Source: Amphiscolops sp. MND2022
Taxonomy: Eukaryota
Reading direction: 5' to 3'
DNA length: 64,000 nucleotides
NCBI GenBank assembly: GCA_964187785.1
Contig: OZ076409.1
Coordinates: forward strand, 75,766,001 to 75,830,000
Below the pieces are notes generated by a model. It did no database searches. It was not told the origin of the DNA and saw only the letters and a program-made list of their open reading frames with translations. Positions 12,763 through 25,682 of this stretch are shown piece after piece. A program made the position numbers and the translations under genes. Every line of letters starts with the position of its first letter. Within the stretch, counting starts at the first letter, position 1.

Positions 12763-13810
12763 GTGGTCCGGGGTAGTTCCCCACATTATTTAGTGCGAGG
12801 CCGGGGAGGGTCCCGATGCCGAGCTTAATTTTCGCGTGTCGTACTATATCCTTTAGCACACCAGTCAAAAAACGGCGATTTTCGAATTGAACCGATAAAA
12901 CTTCTTTAAACTTTGCATGTGTACTTATCTTGCCGATGTAAGAATGATGTTCTGCTGGTCAAACATGATCCTATTACTTGGCGGGAAGTTATGAGCAAAT
13001 GATCGGGTTTTTCACCCATTTTCGGTACTTTTTCGCTGCGATATCTGCAGCATGTGGATACAATTGGCTGATACTTTGCATGCGAGGCATAAATGATGTC
13101 AGGTGTTTGCATGCCAAAAATCATTAGGCTGGTGATACTAGGCTGGGAGATAGAAGTAGAAAAAGTAGTGGAAAATCGTGAATACTCCGGTCATCGCGTC
13201 ATAACTTCCGATTTTTGTATGAGATGGTGTTTACTTGAGCGGTAGCAGTACAGTCCATGTGTTTTCAACATCACGTGGCCAGGATAAAAAATAAAAAATA
13301 AAAAAGTTCTACAAAAGTTCTACTAAAATTCTAAAATTTTAGAATTTTTTCAAAAAAAATTTTTTTGTCAAATCCAGCGTAATTTTTTCTCAGGAATGTA
13401 ATAATGACATTGTTTTTACCGTCCCTGTGTTCAAAACAGCTTTATTTTGCATCGTATTAATCATATCATTCGTTTGTTACCCGGGATCACGAAGTAATCA
13501 GGTTTCAGTTTTTGGGAAACAAATATAAACGTATCGCAATTTGGATTCTAAAAACACAGTGTCACCTGTGTTCCGAGTGATGCGGAGCTGCACGCAGGAA
13601 CAGAGGTGACCCGCAGCGAACGCTTGTAGTCCCTTTTTCTGCAAAAGTGACTGCAGTTACAAATGAAATCAGTTATAGTGAAAAAAATGTATGTAAAAAC
13701 ATGTTTTCAAAATGAGTGTTGTACAAATGTAGGTTTCGTTTTACCGCAACTCTACTTTCACAGAATGGATAACGGCCAGTGCTTGCAAAAGGTACCTTTG
13801 CCACCACTGG
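12763..13810 (+). mobile_element. Family B unit, subtype B1 (1048 bp)
   Basis: Starts GTGGTCCGGGGTAGTTCCCCAC, ends cctttgccaccaCTGG; left part homologous to the A left end. Confidence 0.75.
13561..13610. repeat. Imperfect 14-bp inverted repeat in the B1 right arm
   Basis: GTCACCTGTGTTCC ... GGAACAGAGGTGAC (13 of 14 paired). Confidence 0.8.
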
Positions 13811-14841
13811 GTGGTCCGGGGTAGTTCCCCACATTATTTAGTGCGAGGCCGGGGAGGGTCCCGATGCCGAGCTTAATTTTCGCGTGTCGTACTATATCCT
13901 TTAGCACACCAGTCAAAAAACGGCGATTTTCGAATTGAACCGATAAAACTTCTTTAAACTTTGCATGTGTACTTATCTTGCCGATGTAAGAATGATGTTC
14001 TGCTGGTCAAACATGATCCTATTACTTGGCGGGAAGTTATGAGCAAATGATCGGGTTTTTCACCCATTTTCGGTACTTTTTCGCTGCGCTAACTGCAGCA
14101 TGTGTATACAATTGGCTGATACTTTGCTTGCGAGGCATAAATGATGTCAGGTTTGTGCATGCCAAAAATCATTAGGCTGGTGATACTAGGCTGGGAGATA
14201 GAAGTAGAAATAGTAGTGGAAAATTGTGAATTCTCCGGTCATCGCGTCATAACTTCCGAACTTTGTATGAGATGGTGTTTACTTGAGCGGTAGCAGTGCA
14301 GTTGATGTGTTTTCAACATCACGTGGCCAGGATAAAAAATAAAAAATAAAAAAGTTCTACAAAAGTTCTTCAAAAATTCTAAAAATTGCGAATTTTTCAA
14401 AAAAATTGGTTTTTTGTCAATTTTGATGGTTTTTCCAAGTTTTGAACGCAGAAATGAAGTAACGCAGCACTTACGGTGACAATTAAAGGGGTTTCAGAGG
14501 TCAGAAAAGGTAAATGAGACAATACTGAACTGTTGTTTCAGTTGTTGGAACTGAATATGTCAGTATATTTTTGTTGAATTGTAAATAACAACATCACCGT
14601 TCTCCGGAGGACCGCGAAGCGATTCGGAGGAAGAACGGTGATAACAAACAACATGGCCTGTACACCCGTGGTTCGCGCGCGCGTTATAGCATGGATTATT
14701 ACAGATGAAAGAAGGCAGTCTTGAGCAAGTTTTGTACAATGCAAAACAATTAATGGTCGTTATCCTGTGAGTTTCGCCTCAATGCTCACCTCTACAATGT
14801 TATTACGGCCTTTCTCGTGATTGTAACTTTGCCTCCACTGG
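13811..14841 (+). mobile_element. Family B unit, subtype B2 (1031 bp)
   Basis: Shares the first about 610 bp with B1, then a different right arm; ends ctttgcctccaCTGG. Confidence 0.75.
14595..14642. repeat. 11-bp inverted repeat in the B2 right arm
   Basis: ATCACCGTTCT ... AGAACGGTGAT; retained in the second B2 copy near 28655-28705. Confidence 0.8.
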
Positions 14842-15889
14842 GTGGTCCGGCGTAGTTCCCCACATTATTTAGTGCGAGGCCGGGGAGGGTCCCGATGCCG
14901 AGCTTAATTTTCGCGTGTCGTACTATATCCTTTAGCACACCAGTCAAAAAACGGCGATTTTCGAATTGAACCGATAAAACTTCTTTAAACTTTGCATGTG
15001 TACTTATCTTGCCGATGTAAGAATGATGTTCTGCTGGTCAAACATGATCCTATTACTTGGCGGGAAGTTATGAGCAAATGATCGGGTTTTTCACCCATTT
15101 TCGGTACTTTTTCGCTGCGATATCTGCAGCATGTGGATACAATTGGCTGATACTTTGCATGCGAGGCATAAATGATGTCAGGTGTTTGCATGCCAAAAAT
15201 CATTAGGCTGGTGATACTAGGCTGGGAGATAGAAGTAGAAAAAGTAGTGGAAAATCGTGAATACTCCGGTCATCGCGTCATAACTTCCGATTTTTGTATG
15301 AGATGGTGTTTACTTGAGCGGTAGCAGTACAGTCCATGTGTTTTCAACATCACGTGGCCAGGATAAAAAATAAAAAATAAAAAAGTTCTACAAAAGTTCT
15401 ACTAAAATTCTAAAATTTTAGAATTTTTTCAAAAAAAATTTTTTTGTCAAATCCAGCGTAATTTTTTCTCAGGAATGTAATAATGACATTGTTTTTACCG
15501 TCCCTGTGTTCAAAACAGCTTTATTTTGCATCGTATTAATCATATCATTCGTTTGTTACCCGGGATCACGAAGTAATCAGGTTTCAGTTTTTGGGAAACA
15601 AATATAAACGTATCGCAATTTGGATTCTAAAAACACAGTGTCACCTGTGTTCCGAGTGATGCGGAGCTGCACGCAGGAACAGAGGTGACCCGCAGCGAAC
15701 GCTTGTAGTCCCTTTTTCTGCAAAAGTGACTGCAGTTACAAATGAAATCAGTTATAGTGAAAAAAATGTATGTAAAAACATGTTTTCAAAATGAGTGTTG
15801 TACAAATGTAGGTTTCGTTTTACCGCAACTCTACTTTCACAGAATGGATAACGGCCAGTGCTTGCAAAAGGTACCTTTGCCACCACTGG
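14842..15889 (+). mobile_element. Family B unit, subtype B1 (1048 bp)
   Basis: Near-identical to 12763-13810. Confidence 0.75.
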
Positions 15890-18800
15890 GTGGTCCGGGG
15901 TGGTCCCCCACAAGAACTATTGCGAGGCCTGGGGAGGGTCCCGGAGCCGAGCGCTATATACAAAATGCATCCATGGTAGACCGGGAGAAAAACAAGCGAT
16001 TTTCCAATCTAACCGTTAGATTTCCATGAAACTTTGCACACATACATAAAATTAAATTCTAAGAACTTTTTCCCCCTGACGTATCATGATTGAAACATTT
16101 GTTGGAAAGTTATGTGCAAATGATCGTGTTTTTTGGCCATTTTTCGCGTTTTTCACGCAGCAGTTCCACACTTTACGCTATGCATTTGGCCCATTTTTTG
16201 CGTGCGAGGCATAAATGATGTCATGTTTACACATGCCAAAAATTATTTCTCAATTCGCAACAGGAGTGGAGATATGGCGGATAATATTGGCGGAAAATTT
16301 ACCGAATACGAAAATTTGCACATATTTGGCCAAAATTTGTTTCGAAAATGAGAAAAATCAAAAAGTCCGCGGATTGCGTTGAAACTTGGCAAAAAGGTAG
16401 TAGAACAAATTCTAAGAACTTTTTCCTTCTGACGTTTTTCCGAAAAATTGCATCTTCAACCTATATTTGCAATATTTCGGGTTTTGTGATTCAAGGTGAT
16501 TTATCACTCACATATTCAAAGTCCATTATCAGCATGAAGCAATGCAGATACCGCCAATGTGCACATATTGCAAAATCATCAACGGCCAACGGTCTACCGA
16601 ACAGTCCAAAAAAATTTTCCCCTCGGGCCCAATCAAAGTGGTCAAAAGTGGCATAAGGTTTTTTCCAATAGTATCACCATTACAAAATTGATGATTTGAC
16701 CAGGAGGAACGGTCCGCACGGTCTCGGACCATAAGGTAAAAAAGTGTCAGTGAGTTATGGTGACGACTAAAATGACATCGGTTGACCTCTAAGAGGCCTC
16801 TGGAAAAATTTGATTTTTTTGAGTCACGGTCCGAGTTGATCTGTTACGTTGTATCAACATTTCATAATCATGTTACTCATAACCGAGTACAGATAGCACC
16901 GTGGGTCATCTTTATCAAAATGAATGTTGGGCAGCGGTCTAACGATTGAGTGCAAAAAATATACTATAGCTGCCATAGTGAAAGAAAAAAATTTTCAGAA
17001 GTGTTGTTTTCAATTTTTCATGTCGACTCGCAGTTACAAAAATGTGATTTTCTCTTCAGCAACGGTCCGAACGGTCTGGTACCATAAGATAAAAATTTGT
17101 CAGTGTAACATGGTGGCGCCCAAAAACACATCAGAACACTGGTAGGAAGCGTCTGAACGATTTTCGAATTTTCACGTGGGTCAGAGAGTTATAGTGTCAC
17201 ATCGTAAGTACATTTCGGGTATGCATATCTCCTCACAGAGTACAGATAGCATCATGGGTCACCTTTTCGAAAAAGAACGTGGGCCACTGGTCTATCGATT
17301 GGTCATGAAAAGTTTTCAGTCAGTGCTGCACGGCGTGAATAATATGCCTATATGCGGTATTTAGCATTTTTTTGCACGACTCGGACCTACAAAAGGCCCA
17401 TTCCTGCTCCACCAACGGTCCGTACGGTCTTCGACCATAAGGTCAAAAAGTGTCAGTGTGCTATGGTGACGCCCAAAAACCTATCAGTACACTTGTAGAG
17501 TGCTTCTGAAAATTTTTGGATTTTTAAGGTGAGTCCGAGAGTTATGGAGAGTTATGTTGTCACATCGAAACTACATTTCGGGTATGTATATCTCCTGACA
17601 GAGTACAGATAGCAACATGGGTCATCTTTTGGAAAGTGAACGTGAGCCACTGGCCTACCAAATGGTGATAAAAAGTGTTCATCAGTTGGTACAGGGAGTG
17701 ACAAAAGTGCTTACATGGGGTACTTAGCATTTTTTCAGGCGACTCGGACTTACAAAAAGCTTATTTGCCCGCCAACAACGGTCTGTACGGTCTCCACTCA
17801 CTGGGTCGAAAATTTTTTGTGGGCTATGGTGACGCTCAAAAACCCATCAGTTTACTTGTGGGATGATTCTGTAAAAATTTAGTGTTTTCGTGCAGACTAT
17901 GTTACATATTACATTGGGAACCGTGTTTTTTTCTCTCCAAAATCATGTTTTTGAGTGCCCAAAAACTGTTTGTAAAGCCCAGTAGCCATCTAAAATGTAC
18001 TTTTGCATAACATGGGGTGTGCGTAACGTGGAGAAAGTGCTCACTGTGGATTTGGAGTTATGTCGAAAAAATCAGCTGCCATTAGACGTTACATTACAGA
18101 AAATCGTACCTTACATATCGATTCATGGGTTGAGTCAAAAACAGCTAAAGTTCTTTTTCCGTCAATCAAAACTCTTTTTTGTTCACAACCAAGCGTACTG
18201 CTGACGTCGAACCTACTTTGACCTTCCACAATGGTTATAGTGCAATTTTGAGGTACAAAAGCCTCGTTGACAAACAAAATTCCAAGATGAAATTGCTTTC
18301 CAAATCATTTTTTGAAGTATAGGAACGCCATTTTTAGCCGACAACCATCAAATATCCACTTCTCTTGGCCCAGTGGCTTGTGAAAAATACAACTGGGCAT
18401 TGACAAGGCACAAGGACCTTACTTCGAGTAGTCATGTGCCACAATATTTGCTAATCGATAGCAAATTTTGTTGAAAATTGAAACAACATCACATTTTTGG
18501 TGGACTCGAAATGACAAAATGGAGCTTCTGCAGCAACTATAGGCTTTCAGTGCAACTCAGTGGCACTGTTATTTAGGAAAATACGGTCTACAGTAGTTTC
18601 ATGCTACTTTTTCAGAATCTGAGGTACATAAAAATTTCATACTGAATAGACATATGACTTAAACATTGGAATTTTTCCGGTTGTGTCACCACTTTTTTGG
18701 TATCAGCGGTCCTACCAACACTGTTTTTGGTCTAAAACTAAACCCGAGGCTCAACCAAGATGTATATCAGACTTGTAAAATAAATGCAAGGACTTTCGAC

Positions 18801-20786
18801 ATGTCAAAAGTACTGATAAGAAGAGAAACTTCTCAAAAAATCATGTTTTGTGTCATATTCCATTCCACGTTTTTTAATCGGTGCTTGTCGGTTATGGTAT
18901 TAACGCTCAACAACGACCTCACTTACAACAAACAACTCGTTTATAGTCTTTAAAAGTGTTTATAATACAACCATGCTTGGTCTGGACACATTTTTTATCC
19001 CATTCGTTCGTAACAATAAAAATTTTTTCCCCAATAACCCAATTTTTGTCAGGTCGAAAACTGATTTTTCGTGTTTTGAACAACATTATTGTGTCTGACG
19101 TAACCTGTGGCCTCCAAAATACTGAAAAACAGATATATGACTGGTATCAAATGCTTCAGTGACATGTGAGCCACAATAACACGTTTTGCAAAGAAAAATT
19201 CAACTTTCAACTGAAAATTTCGAAGACACATTTTCACAATAGAAACAGAATATATGACAATCTAACCTAATTCCCGTCAATTACTATTAATATAGTATCA
19301 TTGTTGCGAATATGAGGTCCATACAGGGGTGTATGGGAAAAATATGGCGCATAAAGCATTGTGTAACACAAAGTTTACCAAAGTACTAAGAATTTGTCAC
19401 GGTTTTTTTGCACTCTAACTCTAAAATTTGATGGTGTAAACATCAATGAGCAGTTCAATTTAGTACGGTTTATCAACTGTGTATCTTTTTCAAAGTGCAC
19501 GATCTTTCTGTTGTTCCAAAATCCTTTGTTAGCGCTGAAAATTGTCATATGTTTTACAACGCAATATTCATTAAAAGATACATTAGCAAAGACCGAATCA
19601 ACTACACAGCAGGTAATCAAATTCTCAATACGTCTTTCAGTACTTGGATTTCGCAGACTATATAGATTTGATTTGCATTTTTATAAAGACTTTATAACTG
19701 AATCTTGCATTTTTATAAAGAGTTTATAAAAAAAATTTCGTGATAGCCTTCCAAGTTGGCCTTCGGCCAACTTGGAAGGCTAACACTACAAACACCAAAA
19801 ACCAGGAGTTACTTTATCCTCAAAATAGGCGGGGAAACTTTCATTGAACATTCTTTTCTCACCTTAATTGACAAATTCAGGACATGAGCATTTCTATTCG
19901 CTATACGATGACCACCATTGTGTTCAATAAATAAATCTTTCCTTGTGACGCTTAAAAATACCATAAAAACTAACTTGAAACATATGAATTGTATGTGGAA
20001 CGTACATTTATCTAACCAATGAGTGGCTACCCCTATTGGTTCCACGAAATCCTCTACCCCTCCACCAGACAGTACGTTACATCATACGTTGATGTCTTCC
20101 ACAGTGGTGACATAGGGCAAAAAAAAAAGAAACGGAGTTGGAGTGTATATATTTCTAATGCATTCAAGTCAGCCACTTGTGATAGGAAAGGTTCAAAACT
20201 ACGGAATAAATCTATCCTAGCTGAAAATTATTTGGGCAAACACATGGCACACAAAAATACTTCAAAAATTTCCAGCAGTCAATTCCTTCCAGAAAAATTT
20301 TTCTGTCCGATAGTGAATAATTTCAATATTTGGAATTCGCCAGTCCCGTCATCTTCGCATCTCAGCTCGGTCACAACAGAGCTTTCTTTTTTACAATTCT
20401 CTTCACCCATTTCCACATAACGAGGCAGTTACGTTCACTATTTGGAGTGTTATTGGAGATTATATGGCATTAATCACTGTAATGAACAATTACTTCTAAT
20501 GTTGAAACTCTTCCACTTTTCTTTGTAAATTGTTAAAGTAGAACATCGCTTTTATTCAGCAGAAACGTCGCGTTGGCTTGCAGATTGATGGATAATAAGT
20601 GACAAGTAGCATTGTAAGGCACCACGTGTCGTGGAGATGCCAAATATGAAATACGTTGAACACAACAAAGACTACTTTTGTCAGCGGAACGGAAAACGAA
20701 AATTTTATTGTTGAAAATTCTTATCTTTCTATACACATTTTCCTCGCTTCTCGGCAGTGTAAATGCAACAACCTCGCCTCCACTGG
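15890..20786 (+). mobile_element. Family A unit, alpha subtype (4897 bp)
   Basis: A termini; alternative head variant (gagccgagcgctatatacaaaatgcatcc). Confidence 0.75.
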
Positions 20787-23700
20787 GTGGTCCGGGGTGG
20801 TCCCCCACAGGTACCATTGCGAGGCCTGGGGAGGGTCCCGGAGCCGAGCGCTATATACAAAATGCATCCATGGTAGACCGGGAGAAAAACAAGCGATTTT
20901 CCAATCTAACCGTTAGATTTCCATGAAACTTTGCACACATACATGAAATCAAATTCTAAGAATTTTTTTCCCCTGACGTATCATGATTGAAACATTTGTT
21001 GAAAAGTTATGTGCAAATGATCGTGTTTTTTGGCCATTTTTTGCATTTTTCACGCAGCAGCTCCACACTTTACGCTATGCATTAGGCCTATTTTTTGCGT
21101 GCGAGGCATAAAGGATGTCATGTTTACACATGCCAAAAATTATTTCTCAATTCGCAACAGGAGTGGAGATATGGCGGATAATATTGGCGGAAAATTTAAC
21201 GAATACGAAAATTTGCACATATTTGGCCAACATTTGTTTCAAAAATGAGAAAAATTGAAACGTCCGCGGATTGCGTTGAAACTTGGCACACAGGTAGTAG
21301 AACAAATTTTAAGAACTTTTTTCTCCTGACGTTTTTCCGAAAAATTGCATTTTCAACCTATATTTGCAATATTTCGGATTTTTTGATTCAACGTGATTTA
21401 TCACTCACATATTCAAAGTCCATTTTCAGCATGAAGCAACGCAGATACCGGCAATGTGCATATATTGCAAAATCATCAACGGCCAACGGTCTACCGAACG
21501 GTCTAAAAAAATTTTGCCCACGGTCTCAATCAAAGTGGCCGAAAGTGCCAAAAGGTTCATTCCAACAGTATCACCATTACAAAATTGATGATTTGACCAG
21601 GAGGAACGGTCCGCACGGTCTCGGACCATAAGGTAAAAAAGTGTCAGTGAGTTATGGTGACAACCAAAATGACATCGGTTGACCTCTAAGAGGCCTCTGG
21701 AAAAATTTGATTTTTTTGAGTCACGGTCCGAGTTGATCTGTTACGTTGTATCAACATTTCATAATCATGTTACTCATAACCGAGTACAGATAGCACCGTG
21801 GGTCATCCTTATCAAAATGAACGTTGGGCAGCGGTCTAACGATTGAGTGCAAAAAATATACCTTAGCTGCCATAGTGAAAGAAAAAAATTTTCAGAAGTG
21901 TTGTTTTCAATTTTTCATGTCGACTCGCAGTTACAAAAATGTGATTTTCTCTTCAGCAACGGTCCGAACGGTCTGGTACCATAAGATAAAAATTTGTCAG
22001 TGTGACATGGTGGCGCCCAAAAACACATCAGAACACTGGTAGGAAGCTTCTGAACGATTTTCGAATTTTCACGTGGGTCCGAGAGTTATAGTGTCACATC
22101 GTAACTACATTTCGGGAATGCATATCTCCTGACAGAGTACAGATAGCATCATGGGTCACCTTTTCGAAAAAGAACGTGGGCCACTGGTCTATCGATTGGT
22201 CATAAAAAGTTTTCAGTCACTGCTGCACGGCGTGAATAATATGCCTATATGCGGTAATTAGCATTTTTTTGCACGACTCGGACCTACAAAAGGCCCATTT
22301 CTGCTCCACCAACGGTCCGTACGGTCTTCAACCATAAGGTCAAAAAGTGTCAGTGTGCTATGGTGACGCCCAAAAACCCAACAGTACACTTGTAGAGTGC
22401 TTCTGAAAAAATTTGGAATTTTTAGTTAAGTCCGAGAGTTATAGAGAGTTATGTTGTCACGTCGTAACTACATTTCGGGTATGTATATCTCCTGACAGAG
22501 TACAGATAGCAACATGGGTCATCTTTTGGAAAGTGAACGTGAGCCACTGAACTACCGGATGGTGATAAAAAGTTTTCATCAGTTGCTACAGGGAGTGATA
22601 AAAGTGCTTACATGTGTTACTTAGCATTTTTTCAGGCGACTCGCACTTACAAAAAGCTCATTTGCTCGCCAACAACGGTCTCTCCGGTCTCCGACCATAA
22701 GGTCAAAAAAGTTTTGTAAGCTATGCTGACGCCCAAGAACCCATCAGTTTACGTGTAGGATGATTCTTCAAAATTTTTGTGTTTTCATGCTGACTATGTT
22801 AGATATTACATTGGGAATTGCTTTCGTTCCCTATCGAAATCATGTTTTTGACGGCCCAAAATCATTTTTTAAAGCTCAATAACCACATAAATAGTTGTTT
22901 TGCATAACATGGGATGTGCATACCACGAAAAAAGTGCCGACTGTGGGTTTCGAGTCATTTTGAAAAAGTCAGATGCCATTAGACGTTACACATCAGCAAA
23001 TGGTACCTCATATATCAATATATGGGTTGAGTGAAAACTAGCCTAAATGATTTTTCAGTCTATCACGACTCTTTTCTGTGTACAACTACGTGTCCAGTTG
23101 ACGTGGAACGCATATTGACCTTCCGCAATGGTTATATTAAGATTTTGAGTGACAAAAGCCCCTTTGACAAACAAAATTCGGAGATAAAGTTTGTTTCCAA
23201 ATCATTTTTTGACACATAGAACCACAAATTTTTGCCCACAAACATCAACTATCCATTTCTCTTAGTCCAGTGGCATGTGAAAAATACAACGGGGCTTTGA
23301 CAAGGCACATACACTATAATTGGAGTAGTCATGGGAACCAATATTTACAAATCACTAGTGAAATATGTCAAATACTGATAAAGCATCACAATTTTGGTGG
23401 AGTCAAACTAACAAAATGGAACTTTATAAGGAACTATTGGTTTCTAACGCAACTCACTGGCCCTGTAAAATAAGAAAATGATGTTTACCGAACTTGTAAG
23501 GTTATATTTCAGAGTCTGAGGTAGCTAAAAATATCATACTGAATAGACGCATGACTTCAACTTCAGTATTTTTCCCGATGTGTCATCATTTTTTTGGTAT
23601 CGGCGGTCCCACCAAGACTATTTTTGGTCTAACACTAAACTTTAGAATCAACCAAGGTGGATACCAGACTTGACAAATCAATGCAAGGAATTTCGACATG

Positions 23701-25682
23701 TCAAAAGTAGTGATTACTGGAGATATTTTTTAAAAACTCCTGTTATTTGTCACGTTCCATTGTGCCTTTTTTAATCGGTCCTTGTCGGTTATGGTATTAG
23801 CGCTCAACAACGACCTCACAGACAACAAACAACTTGTTTACAGTTGTAAAAAGTATTTACAATACAACCATGCTCGGTCTGGACAGATTTTTCAGCCCAT
23901 TCGTTCTGAACAAGAAAAATTTTTTTCCCAAAAACCCCATTTTTGTCAGGTCGAAAATTGATTCCCCGTCTTTTGAACAACAATATTGTGTCTGACGTAA
24001 CCTCTGGCCTACAAAATACTGAAAAACAGATATATGACTGGTATCAAATGCTTCAGTGACATGTGAGCCACGATAACACGTTTCGCAAAGGAAAATTCAA
24101 CTTTCAACTGAAAATTTCGAACACACATTTTCACAATAAAAACAGAATACATAACAATCTAACCTGTTTCCCGTCAATTACTATTAATATAGTATCAGTG
24201 TTGCGAATATGAGGTTTATACAGGGGTGTATGGGAAAAATGTGGCGCATAAAGCATTGTGTAACACAAAGCTTACCAAAGTACTAAGAATTTTTCACTGT
24301 ATTTTTTGCACTCTAACACAAAAATTTGATAGTGTAAACATCAATGAGCAGTTCAATTTAGTACGGTTCATCAACTGTGTATCTTTTTCAAAGTGCACGA
24401 TCTTTCTGTTGTTCCAAACTCCTTCGTTACGGCTGAAAAGTGTCATATGTTTTACAACGCAATGTTCATCGAACGATACATTAGCAAAGACCGAATCAAC
24501 TTCACAGCAGGTAATCAAATTCTCAATACGTCTTTCAGTACTTGAATTTCGCAGACTATATAGATCTGATTTGCATTTTTATAAAGACTTTATAACTGAA
24601 TCTTGCATTTTTATAAAGAGTTTATAAAAAAATTTCGTGATAGCCTTCCAAGTTGGCCTTCGGCCAACTTGGAAGGCTAACACTACAAACACCAAAAACC
24701 AGGAGTTCCCTTAATCTCAAAATAGACGGGGAAACCTTCATTCAACTTTCTTTTCTCACGTTAATTGATAAATTCAGGACATGAGCTTTTCTATTCGCTA
24801 TACGATAACCACCATTGTGTTCAATAAAGAACTCTTTCATTGTGACGCTTAAAAATACCGTAAAAACTAACTTGAAACTTATGAATTGTTTGTGGAACGT
24901 ACATTCATCTAACCAATGAGTGGCTATTCCTATTGGTTCCACGAAATCCTCTACCCCTCCACCAGACAGTACGTTACATCATACGTTGATGTCTTCCACA
25001 GTGGTGACATACGGCAAAAAAAAGGAAATGGAGTTGGAGTGTATGTATTTCTAATGCATTTAAGTCAGCCACTTGTGGTAGGAAAGGTTCACTACTACGA
25101 AATAAATCCATCCCAGCTGAAAATTATTTGGGCAAACACATGGCACACGAAAATACTTCAAAATTTTTCAGCAGTCAAATCCTTCCACAAAAATTTTTCT
25201 GTCCGATAGTGAATATTTTCAAAATTTGGAACCCGCCAGTCCCGTCATCTTCGCATCTCAGCTCGTTCACAACAGAGCTTTCTTTTTTACAATTCTCTCC
25301 ACCCATTTCCACATAATGAGGCAGTTACGTTCACAATTTGCAGTGTTATTGGAGATTATAAGGCATTAATCACTATATTGAACAATTACTTCTAATGTTG
25401 AAACTCTTCCACTTTTCTTTGTACATTGTTAAAGTAGAACATCACTGTTATTCAGCAGGAACGTCGTGCTGGATTGCAGATTGATGGAGAATAAGTGACA
25501 AGTAGGATTGTAAGGCACCACGTGTCGTGGAGATGCCAAATATGAAATACGTTGAACACAACAAAGACTACTTTTGTCAACAGAACGGAAAACGAAAATT
25601 TTATTGTTGAGAATTATTTTCTTTCTATACACATTTTCCTCGCTTCTCGGCAGTGTAACTGCAACAACCTCGCCTCCACTGG
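20787..25682 (+). mobile_element. Family A unit, gamma/alpha mosaic (4896 bp)
   Basis: A termini; gamma-like at about 22750-24050, alpha-like thereafter. Confidence 0.72.
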
